Part shown: positions 42,237-52,455 of the stretch, one piece after another
How positions within the stretch are numbered: the stretch's first letter is position 1
How the letters are laid out: every line of letters begins with the position of its first letter
DNA from: Trypanosoma brucei
Taxonomy: Eukaryota
Assembly (NCBI GenBank): GCA_000002445.1
Contig: AL929603.2
Span: forward strand, 672,001-736,000
Reading direction: 5' to 3'
Length of the DNA: 64,000 nt
Notes under the pieces: generated by a model
Seen by the model: only the letters and a program-made list of their open reading frames with translations
Database searches by the model: none
Told to the model about the DNA's origin: nothing
Translations under genes and position numbers: made by a program

Positions 42237-45203
42237 ATGGGATGTGCATGCATCCGCACGAAACCACCGCGGTTCAAGGGTTTTGTTGTTGACGCGTACC
42301 CAAGCGATAGAAAAAACGACAGCCCGGTGCAGGATACCCTCGGGAAACTGGAAAACTACGTGGCAAGCAACCCGGAGCGTATCCCACGCATATGCCGAAA
42401 GATATCCAAGCTCCTAGCACAGGATGAACGGCGAAAACACACGCAACGAATTCTCGTTGGGCTGAAAATGCTAAAAGAACTCATTGTGAACTCCAGTGAG
42501 GTGAGTGGATTTGTTCCCCACTCCATTGATATATGCGCCCGGCTGTTGAATCAACGGTACACGGCGGAAATACGCATTGCAGTGGCCGATGTGATTACAG
42601 CCCTGTGTTTCAAAGTTGTTGGTCACCACGATAGGGAACACTCATGCCATCTCCTTAACCACAGCAAAGACCGGCTCTTACCGCCGTTACTGCAGATGTG
42701 CATGGAGAGACTGACAGAGGTGCGCAAAAGTAGTGACGATTCAAAGGCAGAAGACGGTGGTGGTGGTTTTACCATGGAACTGATGCGCTGCCATCATGCG
42801 GGCGTCGTGGCACTGGGAAACCTTGCTTTTTGCCTGCAGGGTGCTCTTGCAAACAGTGTAAGAGGGGTGGAAACGGCCTTTTTGCTTAACCTTTTGCATG
42901 CGGTGTCTAATGGCGGCCCTGCGATGCAGGAGCAACAGTTCAACATGCTTCACGCACCCGATATGCATGAATTCAGCGCATCTACGAGTTACAATAGTAA
43001 CGGTGGCGCCGACGGGGGTCCATTCCGCAGTGTGTTGCTACCTGATGACAGAAATGAGTGCACAGCTGTGCGCATTGCCGCCGCTGCATGGGGAATTGGC
43101 GCTATTGCATCTTGTGTGCCGAGCGTCAATATACGTGCCTTCCTGCAGAGTGTTCAAAACTTTATCACCGTTCATCGTGTGTGGTCACCACCGCTCTTTC
43201 CCTGTGTTGTGTTCCGTTCGCTGACCCACGCGATGGAGCGCCGGCCACAGCGGCTTGGCTTCTGCGTATGCAAGTTTCTCCATGACTTCGGCAAAGAGAA
43301 GGCAGTGTCCACGAGCTCTGTAAGCAAGCGGGAAAGGGGAAAAGGGAAGAGAGGAATGATGGCTCAAAATACCGCAGGTGTGCTTTCAGGTGTCTTGCAG
43401 GCCTTGGTTGTGTGTGTGAGTGAAGTGCGAATGATTGGTCGAACACCACAAATTCTGATCGACGAGTGGCCAACTGACGCGGTGTTGATAGACTCGAGCC
43501 TTGTCGATGGGCCAGCAATGGAAATATTTGAATTACATCTCAAGTTGGTGTTGCGATTACTGCAGTGCGCATACAGGTGGCAAAACGCCCCTCAACTGCA
43601 CCAACTTCTGCTTAAACTTCTTTACTGCTTGCAGAGGGTGTTGTCGACCTCCACACAAGGCCCTGTGGTCACTGTGGCACTCCAAGCATTGGCGGAAGCG
43701 GCGTCATACATTCGGACAGTTCCGTTTGCCGACCGCAGCGAACTCTCCGCTGCCTCATTTATCGAGCCATACCTTCAAAGCAGTGGCAGCATGCGGCCAC
43801 ACATCGCACGGGTGCTTGCAGGGTTCCTTTCGGGTGCCCCTCCATCCGTTCATACGCCTCCGGACGAACTTGCGGGAGTTGTGAAGGGTCGGAAAGTGCG
43901 AGAGACGGCGGATTCATCCACTGAGCAACTGGAGGCGCACCAGTCGCCACTTTTGACAGACGGACGTGACGTCGCTACGGCTAAGGAATGGTTGCTCTCA
44001 GTTATTGGTAAAAGCAGGGATGACAATAGTGACGTCTCCGCAACGTGTGTTGTGGAAGTGGGGAGGGTTATGGGAGCCCTTCTGCAGGGGTGCGGAGCAG
44101 CAGAACTCAGTTTCGCGCTTGCGGTCGCTGATATGTTGCAGTCGTTTGCCTCAGACACTAAAAAAAATACGGATCTCCACGTGGCGTGGTCGCATCAGTC
44201 ACTCGTAATTCTTGTTAACTGCTCCATTTTTTGCGGTGCCCCGCAGTTATATCGGTATGCTACAGAACTTCTTGAGCAACGCCACAATGCCGGGGAGCTT
44301 TCCACACATTTTTGCCACAATACTGAAGGCGATACGATACGACTCATGCGTCCAAAGCATGGCAGCCAACAGGAAGGAGGACAAGCCAACTTACAGCCAC
44401 TACGCACACAACCGATGGATGAGCCACCGGTGACAATCCGCGTCGACATGGATGTTGTCATCAATATGGTTGCTGAATATGCAACTGAAGAACTAATGAG
44501 TGCGTTACGCTTCCCTCCGCAAGACAACAGGGCATCAAAAAAAAATACAACCGCAGTCGCGGATAGACTGAAGGCGGCGGTAGCAGACGCCTCCTCAGCC
44601 GTACGGCATTCTAAGCAGAGCGTTGAGCCACGACAACATCAACAAAAGGGCGGTCAATCTACGGTAACAGCGGGAGCACAGCGGGATGCATGGGTGTTTT
44701 ATCCCGGCATACTTGACGTACCAGCACCTGAAGCCGATGGCAAGAGTCAAGCAAGTGAGTGTGGTCCCAGACTCTCTGTGATAGTTGATAGTGAAAAGAT
44801 ACCTGCTCAGGATTCAGCTGAAACAACGCATGGTGTAGGCGGGCAACCGTTGTTTGTTCTGCCGGTACGGGAGCGTATTGCAGAACTGCTTGCAAGGCAT
44901 AATGTTGGGCCAACCACAACATTAATACCTCCGGGCTCCAATTTCACACCACTTCCCCTTCCGTTGGGTGTACGATCACTTCATGTGGACCCGACGGCTG
45001 ACGGCATGCCCGCTGAGGAGCCGGCCCCACAGTCCCGTGCCACTAACGAAAGGAGAGTAAAGCAACATGAATTCAGCAACGGCGGCTGGAAACGCCACAT
45101 GCCAACGAGTAGCAATGGTAGCAAAGTTGTCCACGGTGACAGTGCGGGGAGCGATGACGCTGACGGAGCGTCTTTCAGTTCAATTAGTGCGTCAAGTGTC
45201 TGA
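42237..45203 (+). CDS. EFR3-like protein (candidate plasma-membrane PI4-kinase scaffold) with an N-terminal dual-acylation motif
   Basis: Track ORF starts at GTG 42150. The first ATG, at 42237, gives 'MGCACIRTKPPRFKGFVVDAYPSD...', which parallels the human EFR3A N-terminus 'MPTRVCCCCSALRPRYKRLVDNIFPED'. The downstream match continues: 'LENYVASNPERIPRICRKISKLL' against 'LTFYAVSAPEKLDRIGSYLAERL'. A polypyrimidine tract and AG lie immediately upstream of 42237. Confidence 0.55.
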   Translation: MGCACIRTKPPRFKGFVVDAYPSDRKNDSPVQDTLGKLENYVASNPERIPRICRKISKLLAQDERRKHTQRILVGLKMLKELIVNSSEVSGFVPHSIDICARLLNQRYTAEIRIAVADVITALCFKVVGHHDREHSCHLLNHSKDRLLPPLLQMCMERLTEVRKSSDDSKAEDGGGGFTMELMRCHHAGVVALGNLAFCLQGALANSVRGVETAFLLNLLHAVSNGGPAMQEQQFNMLHAPDMHEFSASTSYNSNGGADGGPFRSVLLPDDRNECTAVRIAAAAWGIGAIASCVPSVNIRAFLQSVQNFITVHRVWSPPLFPCVVFRSLTHAMERRPQRLGFCVCKFLHDFGKEKAVSTSSVSKRERGKGKRGMMAQNTAGVLSGVLQALVVCVSEVRMIGRTPQILIDEWPTDAVLIDSSLVDGPAMEIFELHLKLVLRLLQCAYRWQNAPQLHQLLLKLLYCLQRVLSTSTQGPVVTVALQALAEAASYIRTVPFADRSELSAASFIEPYLQSSGSMRPHIARVLAGFLSGAPPSVHTPPDELAGVVKGRKVRETADSSTEQLEAHQSPLLTDGRDVATAKEWLLSVIGKSRDDNSDVSATCVVEVGRVMGALLQGCGAAELSFALAVADMLQSFASDTKKNTDLHVAWSHQSLVILVNCSIFCGAPQLYRYATELLEQRHNAGELSTHFCHNTEGDTIRLMRPKHGSQQEGGQANLQPLRTQPMDEPPVTIRVDMDVVINMVAEYATEELMSALRFPPQDNRASKKNTTAVADRLKAAVADASSAVRHSKQSVEPRQHQQKGGQSTVTAGAQRDAWVFYPGILDVPAPEADGKSQASECGPRLSVIVDSEKIPAQDSAETTHGVGGQPLFVLPVRERIAELLARHNVGPTTTLIPPGSNFTPLPLPLGVRSLHVDPTADGMPAEEPAPQSRATNERRVKQHEFSNGGWKRHMPTSSNGSKVVHGDSAGSDDADGASFSSISASSV

Positions 45204-45983
45204 TCCGTCAGAGCGCCTCGAAAAAAAAACTCAGGTGGGCGTCGTCTTTGTCAGTTGTTATTTCTGTTACTTTAATTTCTATCGTCAAACAGTGACAATC
45301 CCAATTCCTTTAGTCTGTGTGCCTTTATTTTCTTCCAGCTCGAACTACATGCACTTCCAAACAAGTAAATCTTGTTGCTGTGCAGTAAAGCGCCCGTGCT
45401 ATCCGATGCACGTGCTCGCAAGAGCTTTGCTTTTCGTGTTAGGGAATCGGCTCCCTGGTAAACACGTTAAATATATATATATATATATTTATATTAATAC
45501 ACATATTACCTCCCCTCCTACCTCTGCCAACGGCAAAAAGAAGTGTATAACGCGGTGTTTTTTCACGCTATTTATTATTTTTTTTCCCCCTTTCGGCACA
45601 AAGTATTTATTACACCTCTACTTTCTGTGCCTGTGCGATTTTCTCCTTTCTTTGTGTGCGTGTGCGTGGTGTTTCACCTTTTGGGTGCACTGCCCCTATG
45701 CCAGACACATGAACGAACACACAAACACACCACTGTCGATACGTGTTGCACAATGGCGTCCTTTGGGCACCAATTTCTTCTTACTTATTTATCACTTCTT
45801 CTCTTCATCATATCCCCCTTCTTTCGTTACCCGCATGTATTATTCATTAGGTTGATAAGGGGGGTTAGGGTTAGGTCGAAGGGGAAAAAAGAAAAAAAAA
45901 CGGTAGCTTTCAAAGGGGGAAACACTCAACGCCAGCAAACAAAGTTACACCAACAGCGAGCGAAACGGGTAAAGTGAAACATC

Positions 45984-48602
45984 ATGTCGTTGGGTACGCC
46001 ATGTGGGCCATTGGACGGCGAGAGGGCTTCCATCGATCTTCAGCACTGCAACGCGGACGGTGAGGCGGCGGCGCTGATTCAACCAACAGTGACGGAAGGC
46101 CTACCCGTCGCCTGCGCTTTCACAATAACAAACTATCGTTTTACTATACGCGAGTTACCCAGTAGCAACGAGAAGGATAAGGACGAACACGGCAAATGTG
46201 AAGGCCTTCACTTCTCCATGCCGTTGCTTTCAATTGAATCGTGGAGTGCACCGCGTGTGGCAATGACGGCGGCACTCCGCGCCGTGTTCCAGCAGGGCCG
46301 CGGGCAAACAATACCCGAGGCGGATACGGGCGTAGCGGAAGCGTCGGCAGCTTCCAAAGGGGGAGCGGAACTACCGGCGTACAAGCTGAAGATTTGCACA
46401 AAACATCTTTGGGATGTGGAGCTTCTGCTACAGGGAAAACGCATGGAGGGTACTGGAAGGAGTTTAGAGGCACTTCGCGTTGTCCAGCATCTGAAGGATA
46501 TGCCAGCCTTTGAACTCTATGCAAAGAGATACAAGGGCCGCCCTGAAGTTGAAGACCCAAGCGGCGATGCTGGACACAACCATGAAGGAGGCAGCGGCGG
46601 CAACGCGGATGAGGATCTTATCAATTCTGTTGAGTTTGGCTGGAACTTGTACAATGAGGACCGGGAACTGGAGCGGCAGTTGTGTCTTTCTCCGGGTAGT
46701 GAAATACCAAGCGTTAGCGATACACAACGGGCGGGGCCGATGCGAGACCTGCGCCCATGGTTTCGGCTTACGCGAGTTCAACAGCCGCTTAATAGGTACG
46801 GTAGGACACCAACGTATCCTTTCCGTATCGTAGTGCCCAATGCTGCCAGTGATGAACTGCTATTAGATGTTATGTCGGCCCGTTCACGCGCACGCATTCC
46901 GGCGGTGTCGTTTGTTTACCTCCGCAATGGCGCCGCATTAGCTCGTTGCTCACAGCCACTCACGCGCTCGTCGTTGATGCGCGCCGACGGCGAGTTGTGC
47001 AGCATGTTGACTAACGACTACACCGAACATAATGCTGCGCCCAATCAAGATATGAGCAAAACCCGTGCTGCTGCAGCAGCCGTGGTGGAAACTGTGGCAC
47101 AAACCTCCACAAAACCTCCGCCACCCCTATTCGACACGGACGTAGAAGAGGGGAAGACATCGGGAAAAGAAACTTGCGGTTCCTCCCCTGTTAATCAGCA
47201 GCAGGAGGATTTGCCACGGCGGCAGCGGACACTCGTAGTTATGGATTGTCGCCCGTATTCTGCAGCGCTGGGTAATGCTAACTTAGGTGGCGGATATGAA
47301 AACGGTTCCACGCACTACTTTTGTGACGTGAGGTTTGGTAACATTGAAAATATTCATGCCGTCAGTAAGTCCTTTGCAAAGTTGAAGGAGCTCATTCAGC
47401 GGTTCAGCGGAACGGAACCGAAAAGTGGCTTCCTTCAAAAGTTGCATGAAACCAAATGGCTCCAGCATATACAGAATGTGATGCAGTGCTCGAATAACAT
47501 TGCGGATTCGCTTGAGCGTGGTGAGTCTTGCCTCGTACATTGCACGGATGGCTGGGATCGCACCCCGCAGACTGTCGCGACCGCAATGCTCCTGTTGGAT
47601 CCTTTTTACAGAACCATTGTGGGGTTCTGTGTGTTAGTGGAAAAGGAATTTTGTTCGATGGGCCATAAGTTTGCTGAGCGTTGCAGTCACCAAGTGAAGG
47701 GAGACACGGTTTATGTCTTGGACCCTGGTGTTTCAGCGTCAGACACGGAAGCGCAACCTCCAAGCCAACAACAACATCAGCAGCAGCAGCAACTTCAGCC
47801 CTCACCCATCTTTGTGCAGTGGATGGATGTAGTGTTTCAAATTGTGAGGCAATTCCCGCGTCGCTTCGAATTCACCCCGCGGCTGCTGGAATATCTGAGC
47901 ACTGAGGTTTATGCCTGTCTTCATGGAACGTTTCTCTGCAACGGGGAAAAGGAACGAATGTTTGAGGGAGTTCGCTTGAACACAGCCTCCATATGGACTG
48001 ATATTGTGCGGACTGCATTGAGGGAACGGGAGGGAAAAGCACCGCTTTACTTTGTTAACCCCGCATATGACTCAGCGGCGGCGTGGGAATTCATATCAAA
48101 GAGGAAAGGATGTGGTATCAATCGCATCTCCCCCAATTGCAGTAGCAAGCGCATTGTATTTTGGGAATCCTTTTATTTGCGCCATGATGGTGACACCGGC
48201 AGCACCGAGTTGCTCGATGCATTGGCATACGAACACATGCACCAAAAAAGGGGTACCACAACACCTGTCGGAGTTAAGTTTCATGAGGAATGGGAAAAAT
48301 ATTTTAATGACCTCATCCGTGAGGCCTGTGAAGCCCGAAAACGGGAGGTGGTTGAAATGAGGAACCTTCAACAAAATCTCGAAGTGCAGCGCCCTCCCCA
48401 AGGCGTGGATTCAACTTCACGGTCAAGTGGTCCGAAAATGTGTCATTGGTGTCATAAAACTTTCGGTTTGCTTAGTAAATTCACTACTGTGCGGTGTAGT
48501 CACTGTGGACACATCCATTGTAGTGACTGTATGGAAACTGAAGTTAAGGGCAAAAAACTCTGCCGTAGTTGCTATAGTGCACACAAGTTAAATAGTGCAT
48601 AG
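45984..48602 (+). CDS. myotubularin-family phosphoinositide 3-phosphatase with a C-terminal FYVE-like zinc finger
   Basis: PH-GRAM region with 'FTITNYRFTI'. Active-site 'CLVHCTDGWDRTPQ' (CX5R). 'SMGHKFAERCSH' follows the myotubularin pattern. The C-terminal Cys/His cluster is 'CHWCHKTFGLL...RCSHCGHIHCSDC...CRSCY'. Confidence 0.75.
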   Translation: MSLGTPCGPLDGERASIDLQHCNADGEAAALIQPTVTEGLPVACAFTITNYRFTIRELPSSNEKDKDEHGKCEGLHFSMPLLSIESWSAPRVAMTAALRAVFQQGRGQTIPEADTGVAEASAASKGGAELPAYKLKICTKHLWDVELLLQGKRMEGTGRSLEALRVVQHLKDMPAFELYAKRYKGRPEVEDPSGDAGHNHEGGSGGNADEDLINSVEFGWNLYNEDRELERQLCLSPGSEIPSVSDTQRAGPMRDLRPWFRLTRVQQPLNRYGRTPTYPFRIVVPNAASDELLLDVMSARSRARIPAVSFVYLRNGAALARCSQPLTRSSLMRADGELCSMLTNDYTEHNAAPNQDMSKTRAAAAAVVETVAQTSTKPPPPLFDTDVEEGKTSGKETCGSSPVNQQQEDLPRRQRTLVVMDCRPYSAALGNANLGGGYENGSTHYFCDVRFGNIENIHAVSKSFAKLKELIQRFSGTEPKSGFLQKLHETKWLQHIQNVMQCSNNIADSLERGESCLVHCTDGWDRTPQTVATAMLLLDPFYRTIVGFCVLVEKEFCSMGHKFAERCSHQVKGDTVYVLDPGVSASDTEAQPPSQQQHQQQQQLQPSPIFVQWMDVVFQIVRQFPRRFEFTPRLLEYLSTEVYACLHGTFLCNGEKERMFEGVRLNTASIWTDIVRTALREREGKAPLYFVNPAYDSAAAWEFISKRKGCGINRISPNCSSKRIVFWESFYLRHDGDTGSTELLDALAYEHMHQKRGTTTPVGVKFHEEWEKYFNDLIREACEARKREVVEMRNLQQNLEVQRPPQGVDSTSRSSGPKMCHWCHKTFGLLSKFTTVRCSHCGHIHCSDCMETEVKGKKLCRSCYSAHKLNSA

Positions 48603-48655
48603 AAAGCTCTTTTTTTTTTCCCCTCTCTCTATCTCTATCTCTTTCTCCCTCTTTT

Positions 48656-48686
48656 TCAAAATAAAATAAAATAAAATAAAAATATA
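48656..48686. repeat. (AAAAT)n microsatellite in the myotubularin 3' flank
   Basis: 'aaaataaaataaaataaaataaaaatat'. Confidence 0.85.
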
Positions 48687-50221
48687 AGTGTGTGAGGAGG
48701 GCGACGAGGAGAAGAGAGTGAGGGGAACAAAAGAAAGGAAGAAGGGGGAAAAAAACGAACAGGGAATTGTGAAATGAGTTGATAAATAAATCGAGAGAAA
48801 AAAAAACAGCATCAACAGGATGGGAAAGAAAAAGAAAGAATTATTTAATTGATCATTTAATTAATCATTTAATTAATTTCAAGAAGGAAAAAAACTGAAT
48901 CATGTTTGTTGAAGAGGGCAACAGAAAAGGAAGGGGAAAATAATGGTAATAACAATGCAAAAGAAGAAGGATTAAGAAGGAGCAGCAACGGTAAAGGGAC
49001 TGTGATAATGGTGCAAGGAAGGAAAAAAGAAAGGCGAAAAGGGGATGAGGAATATGCTTTTGTGTACTTTTACTTTGTTTTGTTTTGTTTCTTAAAGCGG
49101 AATTTAGGAACATTTGTGTCTCTAAAGAAACTTCACACGCACACGTACACACGTATATATACATTTATATGTAAATAAATACACATGTATGTATGTGTGA
49201 AGGAAATGCATTTAAATCTTCACTTCCCCCTTTTTCCTCCTCTTTTTTTTTGTTTCTTCCCTTCATTCTCAACTTATCTTTTTATATTCCCTTCCCGCCC
49301 GCGTTTTCACTCCATTGCTTTGAAAAGGATGTGCGCACATCCGCTCCCATATATATATATATATATTTGTACATATTCGTATTCATGTATTTTGTAATTT
49401 ACTGGACAGGCTGGAAAGTAAATTCTTTTCTGTTTCCATTTTGTTTTGTTGTTTAATTTTTTTTTCTTTTTTGTATTCCGTTTTTTTTTTCGTTGTTGTC
49501 GTTGGCGTTGTGGCTCTGGTTGCTCTGTTTTCCTGTAGGTGCTGTTACTGAAATTATTAGCGATGCCAAATATTTGAGACTCCCTTTTCCTGCACATGCA
49601 ATATGCAACATGCACAGGCTTACGTGAGTAAAGTGTAAATCATTATTTTCTTCTTTATATGTGGAGAAAAAAAAATTTAATGGATTTTCAAAAAAAAAGG
49701 AAAAATACGTTTAAATCCGGATATTTCTCCCCTTCTTTTTTTTTGCATTTCTTTTCCGTTTTGTCATACATACGAGAAAGTAAAAGGAAGACCAAGAGAA
49801 GACCAAAAAGGAAAAAATATATAGGATCTAAGTAAATAAAAGAAAAAGTTTTTGCTCATTACCACCAAAATATAACAAGAGTAAATAAAAGAGAGAAATT
49901 ATTCGGTACAAGCATTTCATTTTATAGATTTTCGCATAAACATCATATCGCAATCCAAGAAAAAAAGAGAGAGATAAAGAGGAATATATATATATATATA
50001 TATATACAAACATAAAGACGGAAAAGTAAAAAAAAAAGAAAAAAAAAGAGCAACAACAACAATATAGCACTCAAGGAGAACAAGCACATTAATTAATCAA
50101 CTGAGGAAGGCACGAGTGCGACCCAGAGGTTACACATACAAAAAAGAGGGAAAAGAACATAAACAAACAAAAATATAAGGAGAAGAGACAGAGAAACAAA
50201 AGGAAATAAATAAATAAATAA

Positions 50222-50980
50222 ATGGAAGAAGTACTCGATAACAAAGAGACCAACTTTGAAGCTGCAAATAATACCGGCAGCGAATGTGATGTAAGTTCCT
50301 GCGGCTCAAATAATGGCGTTGATGAGCATCGGAACCGAGTGGTGGCGCTGCGACCCGCTGATGCTCTCGACGCCCCGCTGCACTTAACGGAAATTCCCAA
50401 ACAATTCCTTTTGGAGCCCGGAGCGGCGGGAGTTGGAGTTGGAATTGGAACCCGTCAGTTGGTTCTAAAAGACAAAACGGAAGCGGCGCAACGCTCATGG
50501 CCTCGTTTTCGCGTCCCTGTTGATCGACCGCTTCCCCGAGCCGTATGGTCCCCGAGTTGTCGCCGCCGTCGCCCATCACAAGTGGAAAGTTATCTGGCAC
50601 CTCTTTTTACAGCGAGTGGTAATGAAGAAGAAAAAGCCACTTTATCATTTCTTCATCCCCCGGAAGGTAACCCACGGCAGGTGGTGGAGGAACGTAAAAG
50701 GCAGGAAATGTCACAAAGGTGGGTGGATGCTGAAGGAAATCCCCGCCTGTCAGTGGCGGAGGTTCCCATACGCGTACCAAACCTTAAAAAAAAGGTACCA
50801 AAAGATTTTGTCCCTCAATGCGCCCTTGTCTTTACGCAGTCGCGTATGGCTGAAGTGGAGGAGACGCGAAAGCGACAGGCGGAAATCGCGGAATTGTCGA
50901 GTAAACGGCTTTCAAGACAAATGAGGGACGATCGCTTCTCAGAGGAGCGACATGAGGAGGAAAACACACCAATGGCGTAA
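50222..50980 (+). CDS. hypothetical protein (252 aa)
   Basis: ATG-initiated ORF with coding-like composition, flanked by very AT-rich spacers. No recognisable motif. Confidence 0.4.
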   Translation: MEEVLDNKETNFEAANNTGSECDVSSCGSNNGVDEHRNRVVALRPADALDAPLHLTEIPKQFLLEPGAAGVGVGIGTRQLVLKDKTEAAQRSWPRFRVPVDRPLPRAVWSPSCRRRRPSQVESYLAPLFTASGNEEEKATLSFLHPPEGNPRQVVEERKRQEMSQRWVDAEGNPRLSVAEVPIRVPNLKKKVPKDFVPQCALVFTQSRMAEVEETRKRQAEIAELSSKRLSRQMRDDRFSEERHEEENTPMA

Positions 50981-50994
50981 GTTGTTGCTGGCGG

Positions 50995-51068
50995 TTGTTT
51001 TGTTTTTGTTTTTGTTTTTGTTTTGGTGTGTGTGTTGGTGTTGGTGTTGGTGGTGTTTCTGTTGGTGG
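50995..51068. repeat. (TTTTG)n then (TGGTG/TG)n GT-rich tract directly after the stop of the 50222..50980 gene
   Basis: 'gttgtttTGTTTTTGTTTTTGTTTTTGTTTTGGTGTGTGTGTTGGTGTTGGTGTTGGTGGTG'. Confidence 0.85.
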
Positions 51069-51640
51069 ATGAAAGAGGAGAGGAAGAGGAACGTGTATTA
51101 TCTTGTTTTTGAGCCGGTGTTCTCTTGTCTAATGGTAAGTAAAAAAACAAAAACAAAAAAGGACCTGTGGAAAAGGCGTAATGCCTTCCTATTATACATA
51201 CTGACAAGCTTAACGAAAAAAAAAGAAAAGAAAAGAAGGATCTCAGAATGAGGGTTAGTTAAGGTGTATATGTATATATTTTTATATTTTTTTTTCTTTT
51301 GTATTTTTCCATGATAGTTTCATATATCAGGAGTGGCATGTATGTATGTACGTACGAATGAATGAATGAATGTATGTGAGTAAAAGGGGGGGAGGGGAAA
51401 AAGAAAAAAAGAAAAGATGATGCAACGGTGCGTGGATGTGTCGATGCAGTGTTTGAGTTTTGTTTATATAGGTGCCTGTACGTGTGTTCAAAACGCAAGA
51501 TTAGCAGATAATTGATATGCGCGCACAAACACATTTGCATTTACTCATATTCACGTGGCTCGGTGTGCATTGCACTTATTACACATTTATTTATGTTCGT
51601 AAAAGGCATGGACTCATGCGAACTTTGTAACGCTGTCAAC

Positions 51641-51641
51641 G

Positions 51642-51674
<33 letters not shown>

Positions 51675-51675
51675 T
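51641..51675. repeat. (TA)n microsatellite
   Basis: 'gtatatgtatatatatatatatatatatatatatatt'. Confidence 0.85.
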
Positions 51676-52455
51676 CCACTTCTTTTTATTATTTTTCTCT
51701 TTTCTTGTCTTTTGTCTTTTACATTTCAAAAGGGAAGGAAAGTGTGAAGACAGTATGGAGTCAAGTCACTTTAAAAGGTGAGAAAGGATGAAACACGTGC
51801 AATTAAATTGCATATAATATACGAAATGCATATAATTTACATATTATATGAGCAACTGGAAGCAAAAAAAAAACGAAAAAAAAAAAGGCATCATCGCGAA
51901 TATTAAGTGCTTTGGAGATCGGACCGTTAAGACACGCGCAGGCGGGGTTCCCCAAAAGTTATCGGTGCCGTTTTTTTTTTTTTTTAATAAGAATAAAAAT
52001 AAATAAAATTTACCGGGTTCCGTCAATATTTCACAGTGGTGGTCTCCCGATTCGCGACCCGTGCGGGTGGCGCCGTTTTTCATAACAAAAACAAGTTTAA
52101 TGTGCAAAAGGCATTTAAAAAAGAAGGGGAAAAGGAAAAAAGCGGCTGAAAAAAAGCGAAGTGAAGTAAAGTTTTTATTACTATTGTCGCTGCTATCACT
52201 ATTATTATTATTATTACCATTGTAAAATGCCCCTGTTGCTACCTCGTCCATAAATATATGCTTAATGTTCACTTTGCATATCCATGAAGAGTTTGTTTGT
52301 TTTGTTTTGTCGAAACTGTTGGGCTATTCCGTACTGTGACAACAATGGAAACGGAAAAAGAACAACAACAATACTTCCAGGCTATTTACGTTTTCTAATG
52401 TTTCGTTTTGCCTTGCAAATATGTGAAAACGTGGGTTGGTTGAGGCCCCGGAAAG

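Noticed and set aside
45067-45977. Two + strand ORFs (45067..45855 and 45543..45977) in the spacer between the EFR3-like and myotubularin genes
   Set aside because: The translations are F/L/Y/C-rich low complexity read from a pyrimidine-rich, (TA)n-containing spacer, which looks like 3'UTR or polypyrimidine-tract sequence rather than a gene.
48845-48880. Short tandem 'atcatttaatta' x3 repeat and other AT-rich simple repeats in the 1.6-kb spacer 48603..50221
   Set aside because: This is ordinary low-complexity AT-rich intergenic DNA with too few units to suggest a satellite or functional array.
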